Shown here: positions 39,249-48,889 of the stretch, one piece after another | How the letters are laid out: the number at the start of each line of letters is the position of its first letter | Position numbering within the stretch: position 1 is the stretch's first letter | From: an uncultured Gemmatimonadales bacterium | Lineage (GTDB): Bacteria > Gemmatimonadota > Gemmatimonadetes > Gemmatimonadales > Gemmatimonadaceae | Length of the DNA stretch: 64,000 nt | Reading direction: 5' to 3' | Assembly: GCA_963851265.1 (NCBI GenBank) | Contig: CAWKNZ010000002.1 | Span: forward strand, 1,120,001-1,184,000 | Position numbers and translations under genes: made by a program | Notes under the pieces: generated by a model | The model's database searches: none | Seen by the model: the letters and a program-made list of their open reading frames with translations, nothing else | Told to the model about the DNA's origin: nothing

Positions 39249-39350
39249 GCCGCGCTCCCGTTCCGTTGATCCGCCGCGGCGGCGGTGCGACCTTGCGAAC
39301 TTCCGCGAGGCGCACCGCCGCCGCGCGGCGTTTCCAGCTCCTGCCCCGAC

Positions 39351-40382
39351 GTGACCCTCTCCGACTACCTCGCCCGCGGTGACGCGCTGCTCGCCGACGC
39401 CCGGGCGCTGCTCGACGCCCTCGACCCGGCGACCCGCGTCGACGACGCCAAGGGTCGCCTGAACGCGCTCAAGGACGCGCGACTCGCCGAACTTCAGGGC
39501 GCGCTCCGCACGCTCGCACCCGACGAGCGCCGCGCGGCAGGACAGGCGTTCAACTCGCTCAAGACCGGCATCGCCGACGCGCTCGCCGCCTTCGAGGCGC
39601 GACTCGCCGCGGCCGCGCGCCCGCAGGATGCAGTCGACCTCACGATGCCCGCGCGTGGCACGTGGGTCGGCGCCGTCCACCCGGTCACGGCAGTCATCGA
39701 CGAAATCTGCGGCATCTTCCGCGAGCTCGGCTTCACCGTCGCGAGCGGCCCCGAGGCGGAGCACGCCTGGTACAACTTCGGCGCGCTCAACTTCCCGCCC
39801 GACCACCCGGCGATGGACATGCATGACACGCTGTACCTCGCCGGCACGCCCGACGCGGTGCTGCGCACGCACACGTCGCCCGTGCAGGTGCGCACCCTCC
39901 AGCGCTTCCGCCCGCCGGTGCGCGTGCTCATTCCGGGCAACGTCTTCCGCCGCGACTTCTTCGACGCGACGCACGCCCCGGCGTTCGCGCAGCTCGAAGG
40001 ACTCGCCGTCGACGAGGGCATCTCGTTCGTCGACCTCAAGGCGACGTTGATGACGTTCGCCCGGCGCTTCTACGGTTCGTCGCGGCGCGTCCGCTTCGGC
40101 CCGTCGTACTTCCCGTTCACGGAGCCCTCCGCACAGATGGACGTCGAGGTCGACCTGGGCGACGGCCGCGGCGCGCGCTGGGTCGAGATCCTCGGCTGCG
40201 GCATGGTCCACCCCGCGGTGCTCGAAGCGGCCGGCGTCGACAGCGAGCGGTACACCGGCTTCGCGTGGGGCATGGGACCGGCCCGCATCGCGATGAGCCG
40301 TCACGACATCCCCGACATCCGCCACCTCTACGATTCCGACGTGCGATTCCTCGCACAGTTCGCCGCGGGTGCAACGTCGTGA
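39351..40382 (+). CDS. pheS: Phenylalanine--tRNA ligase alpha subunit
   Basis: LRTHTSPVQ, YFPFTEPS, EILGCGMV, GFAWG. Confidence 0.96.
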   Translation: MTLSDYLARGDALLADARALLDALDPATRVDDAKGRLNALKDARLAELQGALRTLAPDERRAAGQAFNSLKTGIADALAAFEARLAAAARPQDAVDLTMPARGTWVGAVHPVTAVIDEICGIFRELGFTVASGPEAEHAWYNFGALNFPPDHPAMDMHDTLYLAGTPDAVLRTHTSPVQVRTLQRFRPPVRVLIPGNVFRRDFFDATHAPAFAQLEGLAVDEGISFVDLKATLMTFARRFYGSSRRVRFGPSYFPFTEPSAQMDVEVDLGDGRGARWVEILGCGMVHPAVLEAAGVDSERYTGFAWGMGPARIAMSRHDIPDIRHLYDSDVRFLAQFAAGATS

Positions 40383-42838
40383 TCGTCTCGCACGAGTGGC
40401 TCCGGGCGTTCGTTCCGCACGCGCTCTCGCCCCAACAGGTCGGCGACTTGTTGAGCGCGCACGTTGCGACGCTCGAAGGCGTCGAGGCGCTGCGCGCCGA
40501 CCTCGCGCCGTTCGTCGTCGCCCGGATCGTGGCGAGCGAGCGGATTCCCGACACGAAGCTCTCGTTCAACCGCGTCGACGACGGGTCGGGCGAACTGCTC
40601 GACGTCGTGTGCGGCGCGCCCAACGTCGAGGTCGGCGCGAAGTACCCGTTCGCGCGCACCGGCACCACGATGCCCGGCGGCGCGCTCACGATCGAGCGGC
40701 GGAAGATCCGCGGACACACGTCCAACGGCATGCTCTGCTCGGCACGCGAGCTCGGACTCGGCGAGAACCACGACGGCATCCTCGCGCTCGCGACCGACGC
40801 TGCCCCGGGAACGCCGCTTCTCGACGTGCTGCCGGTCGGTGACGCCCGGATCGAGCTCGACGTCCTGGCAAACCGCCCCGACCTGTTGTCTCAGCGAGGG
40901 ATCGCGCGCGAGGTCGCCGCGCTCACCGGAGTGCCGCTTCAGGCGCCGCCCGAACTGCACGCCGCCGCGCCGCCTCGGCACGCGGCGCGCGGCGCGCCCG
41001 CCGCTACGGCGGATGGTGTCACGGTTCGGGTCGCGGACGCGGAGGGCTGTCCGCACTACTGCGCCGCCGTGGTGCGCGGGGTCCGCGTGGGCCCGAGCCC
41101 GGATTGGCTCGTCCGGCGACTGGAAGGCGTCGGCGCGCGCTCGATCAACAACGTCGTCGACGTCACGAACTACGCGCTCCACGGACTCGGCCAGCCCATG
41201 CACGCGTTCGACCTCGCGCGCCTGGCCGGCGCGAGCGTCGTCGTGCGCCGCGCGCGGGCCGGTGAACCGATCACGACCCTCGACGGCGTCGCGCGCACGC
41301 TCGACGACGAGACGCTCGTGATCGCCGACGCCGAGCGCGCCCAGGCGGTGGCCGGCGTGATCGGCGGTCGCGACAGCGAGGTCACCGCGGCCACGGTCGA
41401 CGTGCTGCTCGAGGTGGCGTACTTCGACCCGCAACGCGCGCGCGTCTCGCGGCGGCACACGAACGTGTCGACCGACGCGAGCTACCGCTTCGAGCGAGGC
41501 GTCGATCGCGCGGCGACGCGTGCGCTCCTCGACGCCGGGGCCGCGTTGCTGACGTCGGTCGCCGGCGGCGCGGTCACGGCGGTGATCGAAGTCGGGAGCG
41601 CGCCGGGCCCGCTGGCGCCGGTCGTGCTGCGGGCCTCGCGCGTCACGCGCGTGCTCGGAACGCCGATCGCGGCGGGCGAGATCGAACGGCTGCTCGCGGC
41701 CGTGGGCTTCGTGCTGACCGCGGAGCCCACCGGCGACGACCGGGTCTGGCGCGTCGAGCCGCCGTCATGGCGGCAGGACGTCACGCGTGAGGTCGATCTG
41801 ATCGAGGAACTCGCCCGACTGGTCGGGTTCGACGCGTTCCCCGACGAACTCCGACCCGTTCGCCCGGGCACCGCGCCGGATGACCCGCTCGTCCTCGCGA
41901 CGCGGCGCGTCCGCGATGCACTCGTCTCGGCGGGCCTGTACGAAGCCCGGCCGTTGCCGTTCGTCCGCGGCGCCGACGCGACGCACGCGCGGGTCGCCAA
42001 CCCGCTCGGCGACGACGAACCGCATCTGCGTCGGTCGGTGCTCGAGACGCTCGCGCGACGCGCCGAGGACAACCTGTCGCGCATGCAGGGCGACGTGCGG
42101 CTGTTCGAGATCGGCAGCGCCTTCACGCCCACGGCGCCCGGCAATCTGCCGACCGAGACGTTGAGCGTCGGTGCGGTCGTCATGGGCGCGCGCCGTCCGC
42201 CCCACTTCACCGAACCGAAGCCGCCGGCGTTCGATCTGTGGGACGCGAAGTGGCTCGCCCAACTTGCCGCGCGCGCCGCACACCCGCACGGGCGCGTGAC
42301 CTGCGAACCGGGCGATGGGGCCGACCTCTGGCGCGTGGTGTTCGAAGGGCGGACCGTCGGGCGCGTGACGCGCCTCGACTTGGACGCGCCGGTCTGGGCG
42401 GCGCCCGCGTTCGGCGTAGAGGTCGTGCTCGGCGTGATTTCGTCCGAGCCGGAAGCTGCGCGCGGCGAGAACCGTTGGGACGCTCCTCCAGGAGCGCCGG
42501 GCGACGACACAGCGCACGGCGCGCCGCCCGCGCGTTTCCGACCGCTTCCGATGACGCCGGCCGTCGAGCTCGATCTCGCGCTCGTCGTCCCGGACGGCGT
42601 ACAGGCTTCCGCCGTCGAGGACGCGATCCGCGGTGCGTCGGGGGCTCTGCTCGAATCGGTGAGTGTGTTCGACGAATTCCGCGGCGGCGAGCTTCCGCCG
42701 GGGACGCGCAGCCTCGCGTGGCGACTCGTGCTGCGCGACGCGACGCGCACGTTGCGCGACAAAGAGATTGAAGGGCGCCGTCGACAGATCGTCGCGGCGC
42801 TCGAGGCGCAACTCGGGGTGCGCGTCCGTGGACTCTGA
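40379..42838 (+). CDS. pheT: Phenylalanine--tRNA ligase beta subunit
   Basis: VCGAPN, SNGMLCS, NRPDLLS, RFERG, C-terminal anticodon-binding domain. Confidence 0.95.
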   Translation: MIVSHEWLRAFVPHALSPQQVGDLLSAHVATLEGVEALRADLAPFVVARIVASERIPDTKLSFNRVDDGSGELLDVVCGAPNVEVGAKYPFARTGTTMPGGALTIERRKIRGHTSNGMLCSARELGLGENHDGILALATDAAPGTPLLDVLPVGDARIELDVLANRPDLLSQRGIAREVAALTGVPLQAPPELHAAAPPRHAARGAPAATADGVTVRVADAEGCPHYCAAVVRGVRVGPSPDWLVRRLEGVGARSINNVVDVTNYALHGLGQPMHAFDLARLAGASVVVRRARAGEPITTLDGVARTLDDETLVIADAERAQAVAGVIGGRDSEVTAATVDVLLEVAYFDPQRARVSRRHTNVSTDASYRFERGVDRAATRALLDAGAALLTSVAGGAVTAVIEVGSAPGPLAPVVLRASRVTRVLGTPIAAGEIERLLAAVGFVLTAEPTGDDRVWRVEPPSWRQDVTREVDLIEELARLVGFDAFPDELRPVRPGTAPDDPLVLATRRVRDALVSAGLYEARPLPFVRGADATHARVANPLGDDEPHLRRSVLETLARRAEDNLSRMQGDVRLFEIGSAFTPTAPGNLPTETLSVGAVVMGARRPPHFTEPKPPAFDLWDAKWLAQLAARAAHPHGRVTCEPGDGADLWRVVFEGRTVGRVTRLDLDAPVWAAPAFGVEVVLGVISSEPEAARGENRWDAPPGAPGDDTAHGAPPARFRPLPMTPAVELDLALVVPDGVQASAVEDAIRGASGALLESVSVFDEFRGGELPPGTRSLAWRLVLRDATRTLRDKEIEGRRRQIVAALEAQLGVRVRGL

Positions 42839-43169
42839 GCCGCGGGCCGCCGCTCCGGATCCGCCCGACGCGCTCGGCGAACTCGAGCGCGTCGTCCACA
42901 GCCTCGGCGACGAACTCGCGTTTTTTCGCCGACGCGCACTCGAGGCAGAACGCCGGGTCCGCGAGCTGCTCGCGCACCAAGCGGGTGGCGCGCCCGGTTC
43001 GGGACGGAATGCGGAAGCGGACCGCGGACGTATCACCGACCTTGAGGCCGAAAACGCGATGCTGCGGGCGCGCATGGCCGAGGCCGCGGAGCGGGCGCGG
43101 TCGGTTGCGAGTCGCATGCGATTCGCGCGTCAGCAGGATGAGGCCGCCGCCGTCGACGGCCCCCGATGA
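42828..43169 (+). CDS. Coiled-coil protein (ZapB-like position upstream of zapA)
   Basis: Heptad pattern LEAENAMLRARM; sits between pheT and zapA. Confidence 0.6.
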   Translation: MDSEPRAAAPDPPDALGELERVVHSLGDELAFFRRRALEAERRVRELLAHQAGGAPGSGRNAEADRGRITDLEAENAMLRARMAEAAERARSVASRMRFARQQDEAAAVDGPR

Positions 43170-43187
43170 GCGGGACGTGAGGAGCGT

Positions 43188-43493
43188 GTGACCGAAAGAA
43201 GATCCGTCCGCGTCCGCATCGTCGGCGAGGAGTACGCGTTACGCAGCGATGCCGACCCGGAGCATACGCGGGAGGTGGCGTCGTACGTCGACCGCGTGAT
43301 TTCGCAGGTGCGCGCGAGTGGGACCGTCATCGAGACGCACAAGCTCGCGATTCTCGCCGCGCTCCAGATCGCCGACGAGTTGCTGCGGCTCCGGGCGTCG
43401 GTCGCGGACCGCGATGCCCGCATCCACGAACTCGGCGAGGAAGTATCACGATGGTTACCACCGGCGAAGCGCGCGCCCGACTCGGCGGGCTGA
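43188..43493 (+). CDS. zapA: Cell division protein ZapA
   Basis: VRVRIVGEEY, VASYVD, LAILAALQIADE. Confidence 0.9.
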   Translation: MTERRSVRVRIVGEEYALRSDADPEHTREVASYVDRVISQVRASGTVIETHKLAILAALQIADELLRLRASVADRDARIHELGEEVSRWLPPAKRAPDSAG

Positions 43494-43518
43494 ACGGCCG
43501 GAGTGGTGCCGGGTCGCG

Positions 43519-43547
43519 TTGCCTTTCGCCCGTCCGGTACGTAGCTT
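43519..43547 (+). promoter_or_regulatory. Sigma70-like promoter upstream of rny
   Basis: TTGCCT-17 nt-TAGCTT. Confidence 0.55.
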
Positions 43548-43719
43548 GGCGAGGCGTCGCCGATCCGGCTATACGCAAGTCACGTCGTCACTTACGCCCC
43601 TAGCGCCGGATCGCGCGCGCTCGGCGGCGGCGCCTCGGCGGTCCTGACGGACTCGCCGCGCCGGACCGTCTGACTGCAGTCCGACCGCGCGCTCGGCGCG
43701 CTGGCATATAGAGATCGAC

Positions 43720-45330
43720 ATGGCAGAGTTTGCGGTCCTCGCCCTCGCGGGCGTGCTCGCGTGTGTGCTCGCGGGCGCGACGTACGTGTGGGGACGTGGT
43801 GTGGGCCGCGTCGCCGGCGACGCAGCCGGGCGTGCCGACGAGCGTGCGAAGCAGGTCGCGGCACAGGCCACCGCAGAGGAGGTCTCCCGTCGCGTGATCG
43901 CCGACGCCGAGCGCGAAGCCGAGCGGATGAAGCGTGATGCCGTGATCGCCGGGCGAGAGGAAGTTTTGAAGGCTCGCGAGGCACAAGAAGCGGAGGCGCA
44001 GAAGCGCCGCGAGGATCAGGTGCGTGAGGACCGGCGCCAGCAGGAGCGCGCCGGCGACCTCGAGCGGCGGGCCGACGCGGTCGAGCAGAAGGATCGCGAG
44101 ATCGCGCGCCGTGCGAGTGAGATCGGGCGTCGCGAGAAGCTGGTCGCCGACCGCCAGGCCGAGATCGAGCGTTCGGAGCAGGACGCGTCACGTCGCCTCG
44201 AAGAGCTCGCCGGGTTATCGGCCGAGGACGCGAAGAACGAGCTCATGCGTCGCATGGAAGAGCAGGCGCATGCGGACGCGTCGAACCGCGTGCGCGAAAT
44301 CCGCGAAACGGCCCGCCGGAGCGCGGAACGCGAGGCGAAAAAGATCGTCGCCCTCGCGGTGCAGCGGATCGCGGCCGAACACACGGCGGAAAGCACCGTG
44401 TCGGCCGTCGCGCTTCCCAACGACGAGATGAAGGGGCGCATCATCGGGCGCGAGGGGCGCAACATCCGGGCGTTCGAGCTCGCGACCGGCGTCGACGTGA
44501 TCATCGACGACACGCCGGACACGGTGGTCGTGAGCGCGTTCGACCCGGTGCGGCGCGAGGTCGCGCGCCTCGCGCTCGAGAAGCTCGTCGCCGACGGGCG
44601 CATTCATCCCGGGCGGATCGAGGAAGTCGTGGGGAAGGCGCGCCAGGAGGTCGACCGCTCTATCGTCGAGGGTGGCGAGGCCGCGGCGTACGAGGTCGGC
44701 GTGAACGGGCTACACCCCGAACTCGTCCGCCTCGTCGGGCGCATGCGCTACCGCACGAGCTACGGGCAGAACATCCTGCAGCACTCGAAGGAGGTGGCCT
44801 GGCTCGCGGGGATCATGGCGGCCGAGCTCGGTCTCGACGTCGCGCTCGCCAAACGAGGCGCGCTGTTGCACGACATCGGAAAGGTTCTCACCCACGACCA
44901 CGAGGGCACGCACGTTCAGCTCGGCGTCGAGATGGCGACGCGCTACGGAGAGCACCCACTCGTCGTGAACGCGATCGCGGCACACCACGACGACGTGCCG
45001 CACGAGAGCGAGGTGAGCGTGCTCGTCCAGGCGGCCGACGCGATCAGCGGGTCGCGGCCGGGCGCGCGCCGCGAGGCGTTCGAAACGTACGTGAAACGGC
45101 TTGAGGGGCTGGAGCGCATCGCGTCCAGCTACAACGGCGTCGAGAAGGTCTACGCGATCCAGGCCGGGCGCGAGATCCGCGTCGTCGTCCTGCCCGACGC
45201 CGTCGACGACGGGCGCATGGCCGCCCTCTCCGACGAGATCGCGCGCCGCATCGAGGCGGAGCTGCAGTACCCCGGACAGATCAAGGTCGTCGTGATTCGC
45301 GAGACGCGGTCCGTCGACTTCGCACGATGA
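43720..45330 (+). CDS. rny: Ribonuclease Y
   Basis: N-terminal TM helix, KH motif MKGRIIGREGRNIR, HD motif LLHDIGK, AIQAGRE. Confidence 0.96.
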   Translation: MAEFAVLALAGVLACVLAGATYVWGRGVGRVAGDAAGRADERAKQVAAQATAEEVSRRVIADAEREAERMKRDAVIAGREEVLKAREAQEAEAQKRREDQVREDRRQQERAGDLERRADAVEQKDREIARRASEIGRREKLVADRQAEIERSEQDASRRLEELAGLSAEDAKNELMRRMEEQAHADASNRVREIRETARRSAEREAKKIVALAVQRIAAEHTAESTVSAVALPNDEMKGRIIGREGRNIRAFELATGVDVIIDDTPDTVVVSAFDPVRREVARLALEKLVADGRIHPGRIEEVVGKARQEVDRSIVEGGEAAAYEVGVNGLHPELVRLVGRMRYRTSYGQNILQHSKEVAWLAGIMAAELGLDVALAKRGALLHDIGKVLTHDHEGTHVQLGVEMATRYGEHPLVVNAIAAHHDDVPHESEVSVLVQAADAISGSRPGARREAFETYVKRLEGLERIASSYNGVEKVYAIQAGREIRVVVLPDAVDDGRMAALSDEIARRIEAELQYPGQIKVVVIRETRSVDFAR

Positions 45331-45366
45331 CTCGACCTGCGAGGTTCGGCTGAGGTGACCGCGAAC

Positions 45367-46263
45367 ATGACAGCTACGGCAGAAGCCGGCCTGATCGACG
45401 GCGCGGCGGTGGCGCGCGCCGTCCGTGCCCGCGTCGCGGCGGAGTGCGCTGCTCTCGCGACCGCGGGCGTGGTGCCCGGGCTCTCGGTGGTGCTCGTCGG
45501 CGACGACCCCGCCAGCGCCGTTTACGTACATCACAAGGGAAACGACGCTCGGGAAGTCGGCATGCGGAGCGAGACGATCCGCATGCCGGCGACCGCGAGC
45601 GAGGCCGAGTTGTTGGACGTGCTCGACCGGCTCAACGCCGACGCGAGCGTCCACGGCATCCTCGTCCAGATGCCGGTTCCGAAGCAGATCGACGCCGAGA
45701 CGGTGATCCGCCGCATCGATCCGAGGAAGGACGTCGACGGATTTCACCCGGCCAACGTCGGCGAGCTGCTGATCGGCACCGGCGCGGGCTTCGCCCCGTG
45801 CACGCCCGCGGGCGTCGTCGAGCTACTTCGGGCGTACGACGTCGAGACGAGCGGCCGCGACGTCGTGGTGATCGGGCGCAGCAACATCGTCGGGAAGCCG
45901 ATGGCGGCGCTCCTCGTCCAGCCGGGCGCCGACGCGACCGTCACGGTGTGTCACAGCCGCACGCGCGATCTCGCGGCGCACACTCGCCGCGCGGACATCC
46001 TCATCGCGGCGATCGGTCGCGCGCGTTTCGTCACGGCCGACATGGTCAAGCCTGGCGCGGTGGTCATCGACGTCGGCATGAACCGGATTGACGACCCGAG
46101 CACCAAGTCGGGGTCGCGACTCGTCGGCGACGTCGACTTCGCGCGGGTGCGCGAGGTCGCGTCGCTCATCACGCCTGTGCCCGGCGGCGTCGGGCCGATG
46201 ACGCGCGCGATGCTGCTCGCCAATACCGCGCGTTCGGCGCGCCGCGCGCTCGCGGCGGCGTGA
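45367..46263 (+). CDS. folD: Methylenetetrahydrofolate dehydrogenase/cyclohydrolase
   Basis: [29 protein letters not shown]. Confidence 0.96.
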   Translation: MTATAEAGLIDGAAVARAVRARVAAECAALATAGVVPGLSVVLVGDDPASAVYVHHKGNDAREVGMRSETIRMPATASEAELLDVLDRLNADASVHGILVQMPVPKQIDAETVIRRIDPRKDVDGFHPANVGELLIGTGAGFAPCTPAGVVELLRAYDVETSGRDVVVIGRSNIVGKPMAALLVQPGADATVTVCHSRTRDLAAHTRRADILIAAIGRARFVTADMVKPGAVVIDVGMNRIDDPSTKSGSRLVGDVDFARVREVASLITPVPGGVGPMTRAMLLANTARSARRALAAA

Positions 46264-46281
46264 CCCGGGCGTGATGCGCGC

Positions 46282-47577
46282 GTGAGTCCGCGCCGACGTA
46301 CCCCGGGCGAACAGGTGCTGGAGCTGTTCGGCGACGAGGCGGCACGGGCCCTGAGCGCGCCGCCACGCGCGCGGCCGCCGACGCCGCGCGACGTCGAACT
46401 CGAGATCCCGGGCGCATCGCCCGCGGCGGCGGTCCCGGTGAGCGCGCTCGCCGAGACGGTGAAGGACGTCGTCGAGGGCGCGTTCGTGCCGATCTGGGTT
46501 CGCGGCGAGGTGAGCGACTTCAAGGCGCACCGCAACGGGCACTGGTACTTCTCGCTCCGCGATCACGCGGCGCAGCTCCGATGCGTCGTCTGGGCGCGCG
46601 ACGCGCGCCGGCTCCCCGCGGCGCCCGACGACGGCATGCAGGTCGTCGCGCTCGGCCAACTCGGGGTGTACACGGCGCGCACCGAGGTGCAGTTCACGGT
46701 GCGCGCGCTCGACGCGCGCGGCGACGGCCTCTGGCGCAAGGCGCTCGAACGCACGCGCCTGGTACTCGCCGCGGAAGGATTGCTCGACGCCGAGCGTAAG
46801 CGGCCGCTGCCGCGCTTCCCGCGGCGGGTCGCGATGGTCACCAGTCCGGATGGCGCGGCGCTGCACGACGTCGCGGCGGTGCTCCGGCGGCGCTGGCCTT
46901 GCGCCGAGCTCATCGTCGTGCCGGCCAAGGTGCAGGGGGACGGCGCGGTCGAGGAGCTGTGCCAGGCACTCGAGCGCGTAGGCCGTTACGGACTCGTGGA
47001 CGTCGTGATCATCGGACGCGGTGGCGGCGCGGCAGAGGACCTCTGGGCGTTCAATGACGAGCGCCTCGCGCGGGTCGTCGCGGCGTGTCCCGTGCCGACC
47101 GTATCGGCCGTCGGCCACGAGGTGGACGTGACGATCTGCGACCTCGTCGCGGACCTTCGCGCGCCGACGCCGTCGGCGGCTGCCGAGGCGGTCGCGCCGC
47201 TGCTCGACGACCTCCGGGCCGAAATGGCCGACGCCGGACGCGCGCTCGGCGACGCGATGCACGCGCGTGTGGACGAGGCCCGGACCTCGCTCGGCGACGC
47301 GGCGCGCGGGCTCCGGCGCGGGCTGCAGGCCGTCGCCGATCGGCATCGGCACACGGTCGCCACGCGCGCGGCGCAGTTGCACGCACTTTCGCCACTCGCC
47401 ACGTTGGGACGCGGATTTGCGTACGCGCGCGCCGCGGAGTCCGGCGCGCCGCTCACCCACGTGGCCGACTTCTCCGCGGACCGCGACTTCGATTTGTTGC
47501 TGCGCGACGGAAGCGTGCGTGCGCGCACGCTCTCCGCGACGCGTACGCCGCCCGCCCCGACTCCGCCCGCGTCGTGA
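46282..47577 (+). CDS. xseA: Exodeoxyribonuclease VII large subunit
   Basis: GHWYFSL, RGGG..EDLWAFN, SAVGHE, RAPTPSAAAE. Confidence 0.95.
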   Translation: MSPRRRTPGEQVLELFGDEAARALSAPPRARPPTPRDVELEIPGASPAAAVPVSALAETVKDVVEGAFVPIWVRGEVSDFKAHRNGHWYFSLRDHAAQLRCVVWARDARRLPAAPDDGMQVVALGQLGVYTARTEVQFTVRALDARGDGLWRKALERTRLVLAAEGLLDAERKRPLPRFPRRVAMVTSPDGAALHDVAAVLRRRWPCAELIVVPAKVQGDGAVEELCQALERVGRYGLVDVVIIGRGGGAAEDLWAFNDERLARVVAACPVPTVSAVGHEVDVTICDLVADLRAPTPSAAAEAVAPLLDDLRAEMADAGRALGDAMHARVDEARTSLGDAARGLRRGLQAVADRHRHTVATRAAQLHALSPLATLGRGFAYARAAESGAPLTHVADFSADRDFDLLLRDGSVRARTLSATRTPPAPTPPAS

Positions 47578-47786
47578 GCTTCGAACACACCCTGGACCGC
47601 CTGCACGCGATCGTCGCCGCGCTCGAGAGCGACGGGCTGCCACTTGACGACGCGCTGCGCCTCTTCGAGGAGGGCGTGACGCGCCTGCGCGACGCCGGCG
47701 GAGAGCTTGACCGCGTCGAGGCCAAGCTGTCACTGCTCGTCGAGCTGCCCGACGGCACGTTCGAACTCGCGGACATGGGCCGATGA
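47574..47786 (+). CDS. xseB: Exodeoxyribonuclease VII small subunit
   Basis: SFEHTLDRLHAIV..LE...LPLDDAL.LFEEG. Confidence 0.9.
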   Translation: MSFEHTLDRLHAIVAALESDGLPLDDALRLFEEGVTRLRDAGGELDRVEAKLSLLVELPDGTFELADMGR

Positions 47787-48727
47787 CGGCGGTCGACCGC
47801 GCGCGGGACGCCGCCGCTGCGGCGGCGACACCCTCGCCCGACGTGAACGCGACCTTCGCGCGTCAGCGCGACGCGGTCAATGCCGCGCTGACGGCGGTTT
47901 GCGACGGCCACCTCGCGCCCCTCGACTCGCGGACCGCCGCGGCGGTCCGTTACGGGCTCCTGAGCGAGGGCAAGCGACTGCGCCCCCTGCTCACCCTTGC
48001 AGCCTACTCCGCCGGCGGCGGAACCGGCGATGCCGTCGCCCTCGCCTCGTCGATCGAGATCGTGCACGCGTATTCACTCGTCCACGACGACCTGCCCTGC
48101 ATGGACGACGACGACGTGCGGCGCGGGCGCCCGACCGTCCACCGCGTGTACGGCGTCGCGGCCGCGACCGCCGCCGGCCTTGCGATGGTCCCGCTCGCGG
48201 CGCGCTGCGCTCTCGAGGGCGCGCGCGCGATGGCGCTGCCATCGTCCGTCGGCGGGGCGATCGTTCGGGAGCTGATGCGGGCGTCTGGTGCGGTCGGCAT
48301 GATTGGCGGCCAGCAACTCGACCTCGACGGGGAAGGGCAGGCGCATTCGCTCGACCAGCTCGAGCGCATCCACACGGCCAAGACGGGCGCGTTGATCACC
48401 GCGGCCGCCCGCATCGGCGGGCTCGCCGCGGGCGTGTCACCGGCCCGTCTCGACGCGCTCGGTCGCTACGGTCGCGCGGTCGGCCTCGCGTTCCAGATCG
48501 CCGACGACGTACTCGACGTTACGGCGACCTCGGACGAACTCGGCAAGACCGCGGGCCGCGACCTCGCCCTCCAGAAGAGCACCTATCCGGCGCTCCTCGG
48601 CGTCGACGGCGCGATGCACCGGGCGCGCTCCCTCGTCGACAGCGCGTGCGCGGCGCTCCGCGAGGTCGGCCTGCTCACCCCGGCGCTCGCCTACGTCTCT
48701 GAGTTCTCGGTCGCCCGACGGTCGTAG
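47783..48727 (+). CDS. ispA: Farnesyl/geranylgeranyl diphosphate synthase
   Basis: GKRLRP, HDDLPCMDDDD.RRG, FQIADD, KSTY. Confidence 0.93.
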   Translation: MTAVDRARDAAAAAATPSPDVNATFARQRDAVNAALTAVCDGHLAPLDSRTAAAVRYGLLSEGKRLRPLLTLAAYSAGGGTGDAVALASSIEIVHAYSLVHDDLPCMDDDDVRRGRPTVHRVYGVAAATAAGLAMVPLAARCALEGARAMALPSSVGGAIVRELMRASGAVGMIGGQQLDLDGEGQAHSLDQLERIHTAKTGALITAAARIGGLAAGVSPARLDALGRYGRAVGLAFQIADDVLDVTATSDELGKTAGRDLALQKSTYPALLGVDGAMHRARSLVDSACAALREVGLLTPALAYVSEFSVARRS

Positions 48728-48889
48728 CTCGGCGCTCGGGGCGCGGTTGCAAGCCGCGCGCGAGCGGGAACGGCCGCGAACCGGAACGGCTCGCCATCCG
48801 TTCGGTATGCTTCAGACGTAGATTCGTGACCGGCTGGTGACGCGATGGCTGCCGCGCGCGCCACGCCCTTTCTCTCTCGTCGCACCCCC

